From a virus: a stretch of DNA of 64,000 nucleotides. The DNA lies in the IMG/VR virus record IMGVR_UViG_3300025849_000009. One strand, written 5' to 3'. Below are positions 40,254 through 49,657 of the stretch, in pieces. Every line of letters starts with the position of its first letter. Within the stretch, counting starts at the first letter, position 1. The notes under the pieces are model-generated. The model saw nothing but the letters and a program-made list of their open reading frames with translations. It was not told the DNA's origin and did not search any database. Position numbers and translations under genes: made by a program.

Positions 40254-41096
40254 TTATGAATGCATCATCCAATCAACACCTTCGTCTCCTTGAATCTCTT
40301 CGTTAATCTCCGATAACTCATCATCGCCCATACTTTTAATAGCATCATAATCAAAATCAACATTACCAGGAAGGGCAAATTTAAAAATTGCTAATTTAGA
40401 ACCAATAGATTGTTTTATTTTTGCACTCACATATCTAAAGAATATTTCATCTGAATATAGTGCACAATCAGGGATAGTTTCATATATTTCTAAAATAACA
40501 TCGCCCTTTGGTGTATCACCCATAAATTTTAATTCTCCAGTTAAACTAGAATAATGAAATGAAATAGGGTTTTCAAGTATTTGTCTAGATAAATCTGCCA
40601 TAGAAGCGTTCAATACGTAATATTGTAGCTCTTCTGCGGCTTCAGCCATACCTGAACCTTCATACATTCCTCTAAATAGCATTCGCTCCATTGAAAAGTC
40701 AGAGCCTCCTTGGAATCTCACATCCATTCCGCCTCCGCCTCCATTCCAACCCGAAGCTAAGTCATATAAACCATATACTGAATATACACCTCCACCTCCA
40801 TCTGCACTTGGCCCAGGCAATGTAAGTGCTCTGTGACTTTTAAAGTGTGATGTACTAAATACACTATTAGGGATGTGGTATAAATTTTCTTTTACAGAAT
40901 ATTCATATTTTTTATAAAACCATTTTTTAGCTCTTTTGATTATATTAATAATCTCTTTTTGTGGCAAATTAATAGGTACCATACATGCTCCAGTAATATC
41001 ATCTCCTATTTCTTCTAAAAATGTATTTAGACAATTTGGATCGAAATTTCTACCAGAGGTTAAATCTTGGTTTGAACCGCTTCTAATTTCACTCAT
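40254..41096 (-). CDS. gp13: Neck protein (T4 gp13-like head-tail adaptor)
   Basis: FFRYVSAKIKQSIGSKLAIFKFALPGNVDFDYDAI..G..EL resembles the gp13 C-terminus. Confidence 0.7.
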   Translation of the reverse strand: MSEIRSGSNQDLTSGRNFDPNCLNTFLEEIGDDITGACMVPINLPQKEIINIIKRAKKWFYKKYEYSVKENLYHIPNSVFSTSHFKSHRALTLPGPSADGGGGVYSVYGLYDLASGWNGGGGGMDVRFQGGSDFSMERMLFRGMYEGSGMAEAAEELQYYVLNASMADLSRQILENPISFHYSSLTGELKFMGDTPKGDVILEIYETIPDCALYSDEIFFRYVSAKIKQSIGSKLAIFKFALPGNVDFDYDAIKSMGDDELSEINEEIQGDEGVDWMMHS

Positions 41097-41097
41097 T

Positions 41098-42408
41098 TTA
41101 TTCTCTTATTTTTTTACTTACAACAATCTCAGTATCTTCAAATCTAGCATCTTTTGTTTTGAAACCCTCTCTGAATATACCTCCAACCATTTTACCTTTA
41201 AACATAGTATCTCTACCTGCAACATAACAGTTTATTAATTCACAACTACCATGTGTGTAGCTAGATTCTACCTTTGATTCTTTTACTTTAGTGCCTTTAT
41301 ATAAACTACCATACATGATAGCAGATCCAGTTATTTCACACCCATAAAAACTAGAATTAGTTACATTTCCAGCTATTTCACAATCTATAAATTCAAAATC
41401 TTCTAGTTGATAAACAGTTGGAAACTTTCCATCTTTTATTTGTGTGGCCCCATAATTAGAATCATAATTAATTAAGCCGGCAGTCATAGATCCATTTACT
41501 ATAAGATCTACTACTCTATTCTTAAACCTCTCCCATTGCAATTTAATAATAACTGGGTTATCCACTAGATCCACCAATATAGTTATGTCGGGATAATATT
41601 CAGATACCTTAGAGTAATCCTTTAGTATATCTGAGATAGGTTTATTTTTATTTAAAATTCTCTGTAATTCTATTTTATTCTCATCATTAAATCTAGAGTC
41701 ATTACATGAATTCCACATTTGCATTAAAAATCTTTCAGTTAGATAAAGAATATCATCTGACTTTTTCTCATAGTCAGTTCCACCAATATATCTAAATTCT
41801 AAGTAATTCTTTTCTTTTTTGGAAAAATTAATTCCGTAATATTTTGTATCAGCAAATTTAAAATTGTTTGATGCTATATGATTACCATCAAAATGAAATG
41901 CTTCAATTTTCGGCATTACCCATTTTACGCTCTTTGCATATGTAGAATTTTCACGTTCAGGGAAAAACTTATAGATTTGTTTCTCATCAAATTCTAAAAT
42001 AAACTTAAGAACATTCATTTTAGAAATAAGATCTTTGTCTTCGAGATACTTTTTATCGAAAGACAAATTTATATGAATTGATGCTCTATCATTAGTATAT
42101 CCATTTTCAGATATCCATTTTAACATCTTAATAACCACTAATCTGGCATTTCTATATGGGATAGGTCCCGTAACCAACTCTGCCAATCCTTTACCACCAG
42201 ACATGTCAGGTTCAATTTTAAATTCTTCAGCAGATGGTTGAAAATCAGAATGTGCTTTATCTTCTAATCTAATCTTTCGATCTAGAAGTTTTTCCAGAGA
42301 CTTTCTGGTTACTTCTAGATCGAGGTTAGAATAGAACTCAAACTCAACACCCATGAGTGCTGAGTTTAGGATTGATTCTCTCGGAGAATCTATAGTTAAT
42401 TTTTGCAT
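41098..42408 (-). CDS. Putative amidoligase (COOH-NH2 ligase, Amidoligase_2-like) with C-terminal beta-helix-like repeats
   Basis: GVEFEF, EPDMS, ELVTGP, SIHINLS, KYYGIN, YLEFR. Confidence 0.75.
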   Translation of the reverse strand: MQKLTIDSPRESILNSALMGVEFEFYSNLDLEVTRKSLEKLLDRKIRLEDKAHSDFQPSAEEFKIEPDMSGGKGLAELVTGPIPYRNARLVVIKMLKWISENGYTNDRASIHINLSFDKKYLEDKDLISKMNVLKFILEFDEKQIYKFFPERENSTYAKSVKWVMPKIEAFHFDGNHIASNNFKFADTKYYGINFSKKEKNYLEFRYIGGTDYEKKSDDILYLTERFLMQMWNSCNDSRFNDENKIELQRILNKNKPISDILKDYSKVSEYYPDITILVDLVDNPVIIKLQWERFKNRVVDLIVNGSMTAGLINYDSNYGATQIKDGKFPTVYQLEDFEFIDCEIAGNVTNSSFYGCEITGSAIMYGSLYKGTKVKESKVESSYTHGSCELINCYVAGRDTMFKGKMVGGIFREGFKTKDARFEDTEIVVSKKIRE

Positions 42409-42435
42409 ACTAAGATTATGATATTACCGTTTGAT

Positions 42436-42443
42436 TATATATC
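42436..42443 (-). promoter_or_regulatory. Late-promoter motif GATATATA
   Basis: Intergenic, upstream of the amidoligase. Confidence 0.65.
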
Positions 42444-42461
42444 ACACTCTCGTTGCAATAG

Positions 42462-43748
42462 TTATTGTGGCATCTTTAAAAAGACTTTCATCGAATCAAC
42501 ATCAATTCTTGTAATCTGTACCGTAATAGGGTCGCCAGATTTAAAAACACTCATTACTTCTTCACTTAATTCACTAACATGTAGTAAACCAGTCACACCC
42601 TCTTCTATTGTGATAAATAATCCGTAATCCTTTTTAGTTTTAACGGTAGCTTCTATCACAGAAGGAATGTTATATCTAGAAGTAATATCTACCCATGGAT
42701 TAACAACTATATTTGCTTTTTGAGTTAATGTTATTTTAGTATTACTTATAATGTCTTTGACCATAAATGAAATTTCATCACCTGGCTTAATTTCTCTGGC
42801 CCTAAACTTAGTTAACGTGTCTTCGTCCAAATCATTATTATGAATCATACCAGTCAAACATTTATTAAATTCTACGAATACTCCATATTTTGCAGTACCT
42901 GTGACATTTCCAGTCACTGTTTCACCTTGTGTTTGTTTTAATTTTTCAATTTCTCCAGGTATTAAAGCTTGTAAATATTTTCTATGAGAAACTACTAACG
43001 TGCCTCTATCTGGTGAGAAACTAACAGGAACTACATACATTTCAGTTCCAATAATAGAACCAAAGTCATGTAGTTTATTAATTCCAGCTAAAGATCCTGG
43101 CATAAAACATTCTATACCTTGGACCATTACCATATAACCTCCATTTTCAATCATATTTGTAACTGTACCAACCCAAGCTGTGTTTCCTTCTTCAACTGCA
43201 GCTCTAAGATCCATAAACACTTTGTGTTTAACACCACCATTGATACTACCAACAACATGTGAGTTTTTACCCAACTGTGTAATTAGCACAGCTGTTTCAT
43301 CACCTGGTTTTAGCGATTGAATTTCGGCAGGTTCTTTATCATACTTAACGTAGATCAATTCTCTATAACCAATATCAATACTAATAAACTCAGAATTAAT
43401 GGCATAAATTTTACCTTCATGAATTTCTCCAGGATTAATTACAGTTAGTAATTGTCCTATGCTATTGTCATGTGCAGTAAGCATGTCATACATTTCTTGT
43501 GCATAAGTTTCTCTAGAGAATACTTTGTCACCGTTCTGTGTTTTGATATGTGGATTTGGTTTTCTTGTTCTTGACGGGCAAGTAGATTCATATGCATCCC
43601 ACATGAATTCCCCGTTCTCATCATAAAATGCTTGATTAGCATCTTCTTCTACTTCTTTGTTTTCGATTTTTACATCTAGTTCTTCAACTACGGTCTCTTT
43701 TGGTGTCTTTTCCCCAATTCTGATCCTTTTGTTTTTTTCGTTGTTCAT
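42462..43748 (-). CDS. rpsA: Phage-encoded ribosomal protein S1 (bS1) homologue, four S1 domains
   Basis: GEIHEGKI..IDIG; GGYMVMVQGIECFMPGS..LVVSHR; GETVTGNV..YGVFVEF..GMIH; YGLFITIEEGVTGLLHVSEL..FKSGD. Confidence 0.85.
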   Translation of the reverse strand: MNNEKNKRIRIGEKTPKETVVEELDVKIENKEVEEDANQAFYDENGEFMWDAYESTCPSRTRKPNPHIKTQNGDKVFSRETYAQEMYDMLTAHDNSIGQLLTVINPGEIHEGKIYAINSEFISIDIGYRELIYVKYDKEPAEIQSLKPGDETAVLITQLGKNSHVVGSINGGVKHKVFMDLRAAVEEGNTAWVGTVTNMIENGGYMVMVQGIECFMPGSLAGINKLHDFGSIIGTEMYVVPVSFSPDRGTLVVSHRKYLQALIPGEIEKLKQTQGETVTGNVTGTAKYGVFVEFNKCLTGMIHNNDLDEDTLTKFRAREIKPGDEISFMVKDIISNTKITLTQKANIVVNPWVDITSRYNIPSVIEATVKTKKDYGLFITIEEGVTGLLHVSELSEEVMSVFKSGDPITVQITRIDVDSMKVFLKMPQ

Positions 43749-43776
43749 TTATTTTTATATTAAAGGTGTAACATAA

Positions 43777-43784
43777 TATATATC
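43777..43784 (-). promoter_or_regulatory. Late-promoter motif GATATATA
   Basis: Intergenic, upstream of the S1 gene. Confidence 0.65.
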
Positions 43785-43794
43785 CTATTATTTT

Positions 43795-45594
43795 TTAGAA
43801 TACTACCGGTACAATTCCAACCATAGGCACGGGTCCAACAGGTGTGGGAATTCCACCAAGATATAATAATTTAAATTCTAATAAGTGTAACATATAGGCT
43901 GCAGCAACAGCAGTTGAAACTGCTAGTGCAGGTGGCATTGGAGCGGGAAGAATTGAAAACGTTTTTCCAGTGTTCCATGCCCTTCTTAAATTTTTAGCCA
44001 ATCTTTTTTTACCACCATAATAAATTGGAATATAGATCCCAGTGAGTGGTGGGGGAATCAACGCCGGTAAAGCTGATGGAGATGGTGTAAATGGTTTTAC
44101 TAAACACGCATACCAATATGCGATAGTTATTTCTGCCATTTCTTCATATGGATCACCACCTGGCCAAGTATAGTCTATATTACTATCTTCTTCTGCAGCA
44201 TCACATTCTTCTGCAGCAGTCTTAGCTTCTACCACTTGATGTCTTTGAAATTTAAATATAGTTCCACCTGTAGTTGGGTTTATGTCGATAACATCTTCAG
44301 GTGTTCTAGCACTACTCATTGCATTCGGAATTTTGCGCCAACCATTTTTTAATTCTTGTTCACCATATTTTGATTTAACCCAATTATTATTTTTAGTAAA
44401 TTTAGGAGCATTAATAACAACACCTTCTGCATTTGCACTAAATGATCCACTTCTTACCCCGGGATACCAGCTAAATGTTGCGATAACATGTGACGTTAAA
44501 ATTTTAGGTCTTTTACTATCAGTTTCATAATCATAAGCCACTTGAATTTTATATTCATTCAATGGACAATCTAATTCATATGGTAAAGTAATTGGTCCAG
44601 TTGGATCTTTTTTAATTCTCGTTCTTAATAATGTAGTATTAAAGAATGACCATGTATTTTCCTCTTCTGTTGGATGTACTTCATGGATAGCTTCAATACA
44701 AAGAGCACTAACATTGTCTACTAGTTGTTTCCAATCATAACCAGCATCTTCAATATCATTTCTAGCGTTAGTATTAACATTAGGATATGGCATACCTGAC
44801 CACCCTCCACCAAATCCACTTGAATTATTATAATTTTCTGAACCAAGACATGCTAACCAAATATAGAATTCCCATTTAGTATTCTTATTTGAAAGCCTTT
44901 CAAATTGTTGTAATAACCTAGACGCAAATATCTTTTCTATGTCATCTTGTGTTTCATTTCCAGTTAGGCATGGAAATTCAAAAAATCTAAACTTTTTTAA
45001 ATCCATAGTAGAATCATTCTTATATTCTTCTATAAATTTACTAAATTTTTTATCAAGTTTCTTTTGTTCCTCAACTGGATCTGGCTGTTCAACGGGATCT
45101 GGACAAAAATCAGCATAATCTGGATGTGACTCTTTGCCCATTTCGGTTAAATTACCATCATCGTCATATTGATCTTGCAATGGAATATCGCCTTCTTTTA
45201 ATAATCTTTCAAATACTAAACCGTATCCTTGTTTTAGTAAAAACTCAGCGGCTGGATTATTAGTATGTGTTGCACCGAAAGGTGTCATTGCTAAACCCTT
45301 TACGGCTTCTAAATATCTTTCAGCAACTCTTACGCCAAAATCATATCTCCCACTTAAAGGTGCCAGATTAATAGCGTTTACCATTGCAGTGGGATCTGTT
45401 GTTAATGACACGTTTAGTGGATTTCCAGGCTTAATAGATTTAACTAAATCTTGGGAAGGAGGGAAAATAGGAACTTGATTAACACCAACTTTTGGGAGAG
45501 CATATGAAACTATAGCACCACCTGGTTTTGTAAATTCTCGTCCAGCTATATCGCTTGCTAAGTTTGGTATAAATGTTGGCCAAAGTGCAGGCAT
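43795..45594 (-). CDS. Hypothetical protein downstream of the gp5-like spike gene
   Basis: 599 aa with Pro-rich hydrophobic termini; position suggests spike/baseplate association. Confidence 0.45.
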   Translation of the reverse strand: MPALWPTFIPNLASDIAGREFTKPGGAIVSYALPKVGVNQVPIFPPSQDLVKSIKPGNPLNVSLTTDPTAMVNAINLAPLSGRYDFGVRVAERYLEAVKGLAMTPFGATHTNNPAAEFLLKQGYGLVFERLLKEGDIPLQDQYDDDGNLTEMGKESHPDYADFCPDPVEQPDPVEEQKKLDKKFSKFIEEYKNDSTMDLKKFRFFEFPCLTGNETQDDIEKIFASRLLQQFERLSNKNTKWEFYIWLACLGSENYNNSSGFGGGWSGMPYPNVNTNARNDIEDAGYDWKQLVDNVSALCIEAIHEVHPTEEENTWSFFNTTLLRTRIKKDPTGPITLPYELDCPLNEYKIQVAYDYETDSKRPKILTSHVIATFSWYPGVRSGSFSANAEGVVINAPKFTKNNNWVKSKYGEQELKNGWRKIPNAMSSARTPEDVIDINPTTGGTIFKFQRHQVVEAKTAAEECDAAEEDSNIDYTWPGGDPYEEMAEITIAYWYACLVKPFTPSPSALPALIPPPLTGIYIPIYYGGKKRLAKNLRRAWNTGKTFSILPAPMPPALAVSTAVAAAYMLHLLEFKLLYLGGIPTPVGPVPMVGIVPVVF

Positions 45595-45596
45595 AA

Positions 45597-46313
45597 TTAT
45601 TTATTCTTTTGTTGATACTTAATATGTGAACTTGATAATTTACCAACCGTAGCTGGTGTCGGTGGCATTGGAGGTCCAGTAGGTCCAACTCCGGTTGGGT
45701 GTATATGTGCATTATAGTCATCTAACCATGTTTGTAACCAATCTTGTAAAGATTGACCCCTTACTGCTGGTTCTGTCTCATCTGCACCAGGTTCACCTTC
45801 ATTTGAAACAAATATATCACCACAATCTAAAAACATTTTTGCGTCTGTACTTATCTTAATAAAACCTTCCTCGTCGATTTGTATCATAGGTCTTTCTTTA
45901 GCGCCACTTCCTCGAGTAATAACTAAACCATCTTCGGGTGAATGATATATTCTAACATTTCTTTCCGCGTCATACACTAAACTAATTACATCGTGTGGTG
46001 CATCAGAAGCTTCTAAAACATCTGTCTTTAAATCAGTGTTTTGATCTATTTGAAACCAATACTCTGGATGATATATGTTACCATTATCAAATCTAACTGC
46101 AACAATATCTCCAACTCTCGGAACAGCATGTGCCCCAACCTGATCTCTATTCATAGGAGTTGCCCATGGAATAGCGTCATCCGTTAGTTTATCAAATTTA
46201 CCATAAACTTTTACACGACACCTACCATTAAGTAAAGGATCTTCGTTTACTACAACTTCTCCTAACCAATGAGTTTCTCTTAGATTATCTTCAACTAATT
46301 CTTTATTATTCAT
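45597..46313 (-). CDS. gp5: Baseplate central spike (gp5/gpV N-terminal OB fold)
   Basis: GEVVVNEDPLLNGRCRVKVYG, IPWATP, VPRVGDIVAVRF; C-terminal HIHPTGVGPTGPP metal-binding apex. Confidence 0.85.
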   Translation of the reverse strand: MNNKELVEDNLRETHWLGEVVVNEDPLLNGRCRVKVYGKFDKLTDDAIPWATPMNRDQVGAHAVPRVGDIVAVRFDNGNIYHPEYWFQIDQNTDLKTDVLEASDAPHDVISLVYDAERNVRIYHSPEDGLVITRGSGAKERPMIQIDEEGFIKISTDAKMFLDCGDIFVSNEGEPGADETEPAVRGQSLQDWLQTWLDDYNAHIHPTGVGPTGPPMPPTPATVGKLSSSHIKYQQKNK

Positions 46314-46315
46314 AC

Positions 46316-47743
46316 TTATGAATGTACGTTCTCGTTAATGTTATCATCTGGGCTACTATCAACACCTGGTTCATGAATTCTTCCAGGTGTAATGTTTTGA
46401 CTTTCTGGTTCTTGTGCAATAGGATCATACACCTTTTGATTAATTGGCAAATCAGGAGAACTATCAATTCCTGGATCGTATACACCGACAGGTGTAATAT
46501 TTCCATTATCTGGAATGTTAGTATTATTTTGATTTAATTGTCCAGCTAAATTTAAAATAGCGTTTACACTTCCAGCTTCTAGTGCACTATTAATATCACT
46601 TAAACTTCCTAAGAAGCCTGTACTCCCATGCACATTATCCAATAATAATCCCTTTACAGCATCCATACCTCTATTTGCTAAAGTAGCCGCGGCTCCCGTT
46701 AAACCCTCTGGATAAACTCTACCTAAAGGATTATTACCAAATCCTGGTAAACTATTTTTTAAATTATTAAATCTATTCACTAAACCACTTGCAAGTCCAT
46801 TAACTTTATCACTTATTGCATTTTGTGCAATTGCTAGCGGATTGAATGGTTGATTAGGATATAATCCATCATCTGGCTTTCCAGCTGGAAATAATGGACT
46901 TTGTTCCTCAGTAACTATATTTTCACCAAACTTAGAACCAGATATAAAACCAGTTTGCCATATAAAAGATACTTTTGGTTTTTTACGTTCTGGATTTTTA
47001 GATTGATCCGCAAACACCCCAGCAATTGTGTCTATTTCCCATTCACAGAAACCCAACTCAAACATAACATGTGGTTTTGCATCAGCGGTATATTGTTTAA
47101 CTAGTGGTGTGTCAAATGTGCCAGCATTTCTTCCGGCGGCTGTTTCATATCCTTTTGCTTTAGGTATAAGATTGACGGAAGAGCCTGATTCGTTTCCAGG
47201 CATTTCAGCACCATATAAATTTAAATCTCTCGCAACAGTATTTTGTTGAAATGTTCTAACTTCTGAAAGTACAGTCCAAACTCTGAAGTGTCTTAAGTTT
47301 TTTGGTAATATTTCTACATATCTTCTAAAATCATAACATGCGTTCTTATATAAAGTCATCAATGCGACTGCAGTTAACTCTACGTTTTCTTCTAGACATT
47401 CTATCTCTATCTTTGGTCGTTCTTGTCCTCTGTATGGCTCGTCCATTTTACCGTAAGTTTCTACTAACTCCAAGCCCGTAACACTTTGCCAAAACCATGG
47501 CATTTCTTTATTGATTTTAAAAAGCACCTTTCTAAAATTAGCTAATTTTTTGGCATACGTTGTACCCATATTAGCATCTACCATTTTTTCTAGATACTCT
47601 TCCGCTGGACCTGCTAACAAAGGAGAATGCTCTCTATCTACACCGTCAAACATGAAGAAAAAACTAAGATAAGTTGGATCTTCACTGATCTTACTTAAAA
47701 TAGAACCTTTTCTAAACTCGTTAATATGTTTAAAGTCTGACAT
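46316..47743 (-). CDS. Putative baseplate/tail tube-related protein
   Basis: PWFWQSVTGLE, IEIECLE motifs; lies between hub and spike genes. Confidence 0.45.
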   Translation of the reverse strand: MSDFKHINEFRKGSILSKISEDPTYLSFFFMFDGVDREHSPLLAGPAEEYLEKMVDANMGTTYAKKLANFRKVLFKINKEMPWFWQSVTGLELVETYGKMDEPYRGQERPKIEIECLEENVELTAVALMTLYKNACYDFRRYVEILPKNLRHFRVWTVLSEVRTFQQNTVARDLNLYGAEMPGNESGSSVNLIPKAKGYETAAGRNAGTFDTPLVKQYTADAKPHVMFELGFCEWEIDTIAGVFADQSKNPERKKPKVSFIWQTGFISGSKFGENIVTEEQSPLFPAGKPDDGLYPNQPFNPLAIAQNAISDKVNGLASGLVNRFNNLKNSLPGFGNNPLGRVYPEGLTGAAATLANRGMDAVKGLLLDNVHGSTGFLGSLSDINSALEAGSVNAILNLAGQLNQNNTNIPDNGNITPVGVYDPGIDSSPDLPINQKVYDPIAQEPESQNITPGRIHEPGVDSSPDDNINENVHS

Positions 47744-47747
47744 ATAT

Positions 47748-47755
47748 TATTTATC
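47748..47755 (-). promoter_or_regulatory. Late-promoter motif GATAAATA, 4 nt upstream of ATG
   Basis: One mismatch from the T4 late promoter TATAAATA. Confidence 0.6.
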
Positions 47756-47756
47756 T

Positions 47757-49649
47757 TTATTTTTTTTGCATATTTTGGACGCTAGGGTCTTGTCCCGATG
47801 GGTCTAAAAATGATTTAGCTTCATTTACAACTCCGCCTTCATCTAATATTGTACCTGTTCTAATTCTAGGATCACCACTGTATACTTCAGCTCCACTTGC
47901 ATCAAATACAACTATTCTTAAGAAATTACCTGTTATTAATATTTCATATTCTAATTCAACATCTGGAGTTGGTTCTGGAGTTGGTTCTGGAGTTGGTTCT
48001 GGAGTTGGTTCTGGAGTTGGTTCTGGAGTTGGTTCTGGAGTTGGTTCTGGTTCTGGTTCAGGACTATTTTCAGCCACATTATCTGCTTTTTCCTCGTCTG
48101 TTGCATCTTCAAGTCCAGGTGGATTAATTAGATTTTCTGTTCTTGTTGGCCACTCTCTTCTAAGAAGTGTCATTGTTTGTTTTGTGACATCTCCTTCTAC
48201 TTCATATATAATACTTTCAATTATATAATAACCTGATAAAAATGAATCTAAAGCTTGACTTGGGCTATTTTTACCAGCATCTGCTAAATCTTCGCTAGCC
48301 TCTTCTAATCCAAAAGGCTCATCTTTATCCATACCTAATTCTTTTTTATCACCTTTAATTCTTTCGTTTTGTTGAATAGCTTTAGGGTTAGTAATATACA
48401 TTAAAACAGGAATCTTTTGATACTTATATAAAGATGGATTAAATGAATTTAAAGTAACTTCTAATTTCATTTTTTGTGTTTCAGCCTCATTTTGTGCATT
48501 GTGCAGTTGTGAAAATGCAGCATTAGGATGTACGTTACCTAATCCATCATCACCAGCTTCTTGTCTTCCAATATATTTGTACTTAATTTGATCAACATGT
48601 CTTGTATCGTTTCTATTGCCCTTTAATGGCTCTTCTAATTCTTTTAAATCATTTCCACCTAAAGGCTCTATTCTAAATTCTTGTTTTTTCTCACCATCAT
48701 CACCGTTGTTATTATAAATAGTTACCTCTCTAGCGTATCCGTTTTTTGCACTAATATTTGCAGAACTATTTAATATGTTAGATTTTTCTATAAACGAACT
48801 ATTTCCCATAAACGCAATATGGTTTGTCAATAATAACGGCACTTCAATGTCGTTTCCTGTTTTGGCATTTTTTTCAGACTCAGTTGTAGATACCATTGAT
48901 TCGGCAGCTGAAGCCAATGATTCAGCAAATTCTTCTATTGGTGGATTAGGTGAATTAAATAATGCATTTACATCTACATAATTCATATAATAATATGGAT
49001 CTATCCAAAACTTTTGAAAAGATTCTTCACCCACATAACTTTCTTTAATTATCTTTTTTATAAAACTAAGGTATGGCTCAAATGCCATAATCCTAGATTG
49101 AACATCATCTGCTGCATCAATATTAGTTGCTAAACCTAATTCTAAGTCTCTAGCTACTTCTTCCAAATGAGTTAAAGAATCTGCACTTTCAAAATTTCTG
49201 CAATCTTCAGATTTTATTCTAGGAATTTTACAAACTCCAAACATTTCAAATGTAGCAGTTCCAACATTTCCATCTTTTGGAGATTCACAGGATACGATAT
49301 CGAAATCCATATGGATGGATTTAAATGTTTCTTGATTTTTAGAATTTATAAGTATTGTAAAGAAATCACCATCTCTTGGATAACTACCAACTGCAAACTT
49401 TCCAGCTTCGTCGCTTAATTCAATTTCACATTCTGGTAAATCACCTGATAAATTTAATTCAAAGCGCACAACATCGGTTGGCGCAAATTGATAACCATTA
49501 ATAAGTATAAACGGCTTAAGAGTTGCAACCATAGTAGATTGTTTGTACTCTGCTTCATCTTTTTTTTCTTCAGCAAGTGCATCCATCTTAATCTCAGTTG
49601 GCCTAATTGCTGGCTCTACAACCGCTAATATATTGTTAGATAATTCCAT
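47757..49649 (-). CDS. Putative baseplate hub protein (gp27-like) with PEPT-linked C-terminal appendage
   Basis: FWIDPYYYMNYVDV, FLSGYYIIESIIY, MTLLRREW; gene order gp48-gp53-hub-gp5. Confidence 0.6.
   Translation of the reverse strand: MELSNNILAVVEPAIRPTEIKMDALAEEKKDEAEYKQSTMVATLKPFILINGYQFAPTDVVRFELNLSGDLPECEIELSDEAGKFAVGSYPRDGDFFTILINSKNQETFKSIHMDFDIVSCESPKDGNVGTATFEMFGVCKIPRIKSEDCRNFESADSLTHLEEVARDLELGLATNIDAADDVQSRIMAFEPYLSFIKKIIKESYVGEESFQKFWIDPYYYMNYVDVNALFNSPNPPIEEFAESLASAAESMVSTTESEKNAKTGNDIEVPLLLTNHIAFMGNSSFIEKSNILNSSANISAKNGYAREVTIYNNNGDDGEKKQEFRIEPLGGNDLKELEEPLKGNRNDTRHVDQIKYKYIGRQEAGDDGLGNVHPNAAFSQLHNAQNEAETQKMKLEVTLNSFNPSLYKYQKIPVLMYITNPKAIQQNERIKGDKKELGMDKDEPFGLEEASEDLADAGKNSPSQALDSFLSGYYIIESIIYEVEGDVTKQTMTLLRREWPTRTENLINPPGLEDATDEEKADNVAENSPEPEPEPTPEPTPEPTPEPTPEPTPEPTPEPTPDVELEYEILITGNFLRIVVFDASGAEVYSGDPRIRTGTILDEGGVVNEAKSFLDPSGQDPSVQNMQKK
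47962..48060 (-). repeat. Seven perfect 12-nt tandem repeats (TCTGGAGTTGGT; PEPT)
   Basis: Directly visible, followed by short PE repeats. Confidence 0.95.
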
Positions 49650-49657
49650 ATTGTATG

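Noticed and set aside
8772-46506. Short nested minus-strand ORFs (8772, 18335, 25898, 30673, 43457, 45479, 46306)
   Set aside because: Out-of-frame overlaps with well-supported genes and no recognisable motifs
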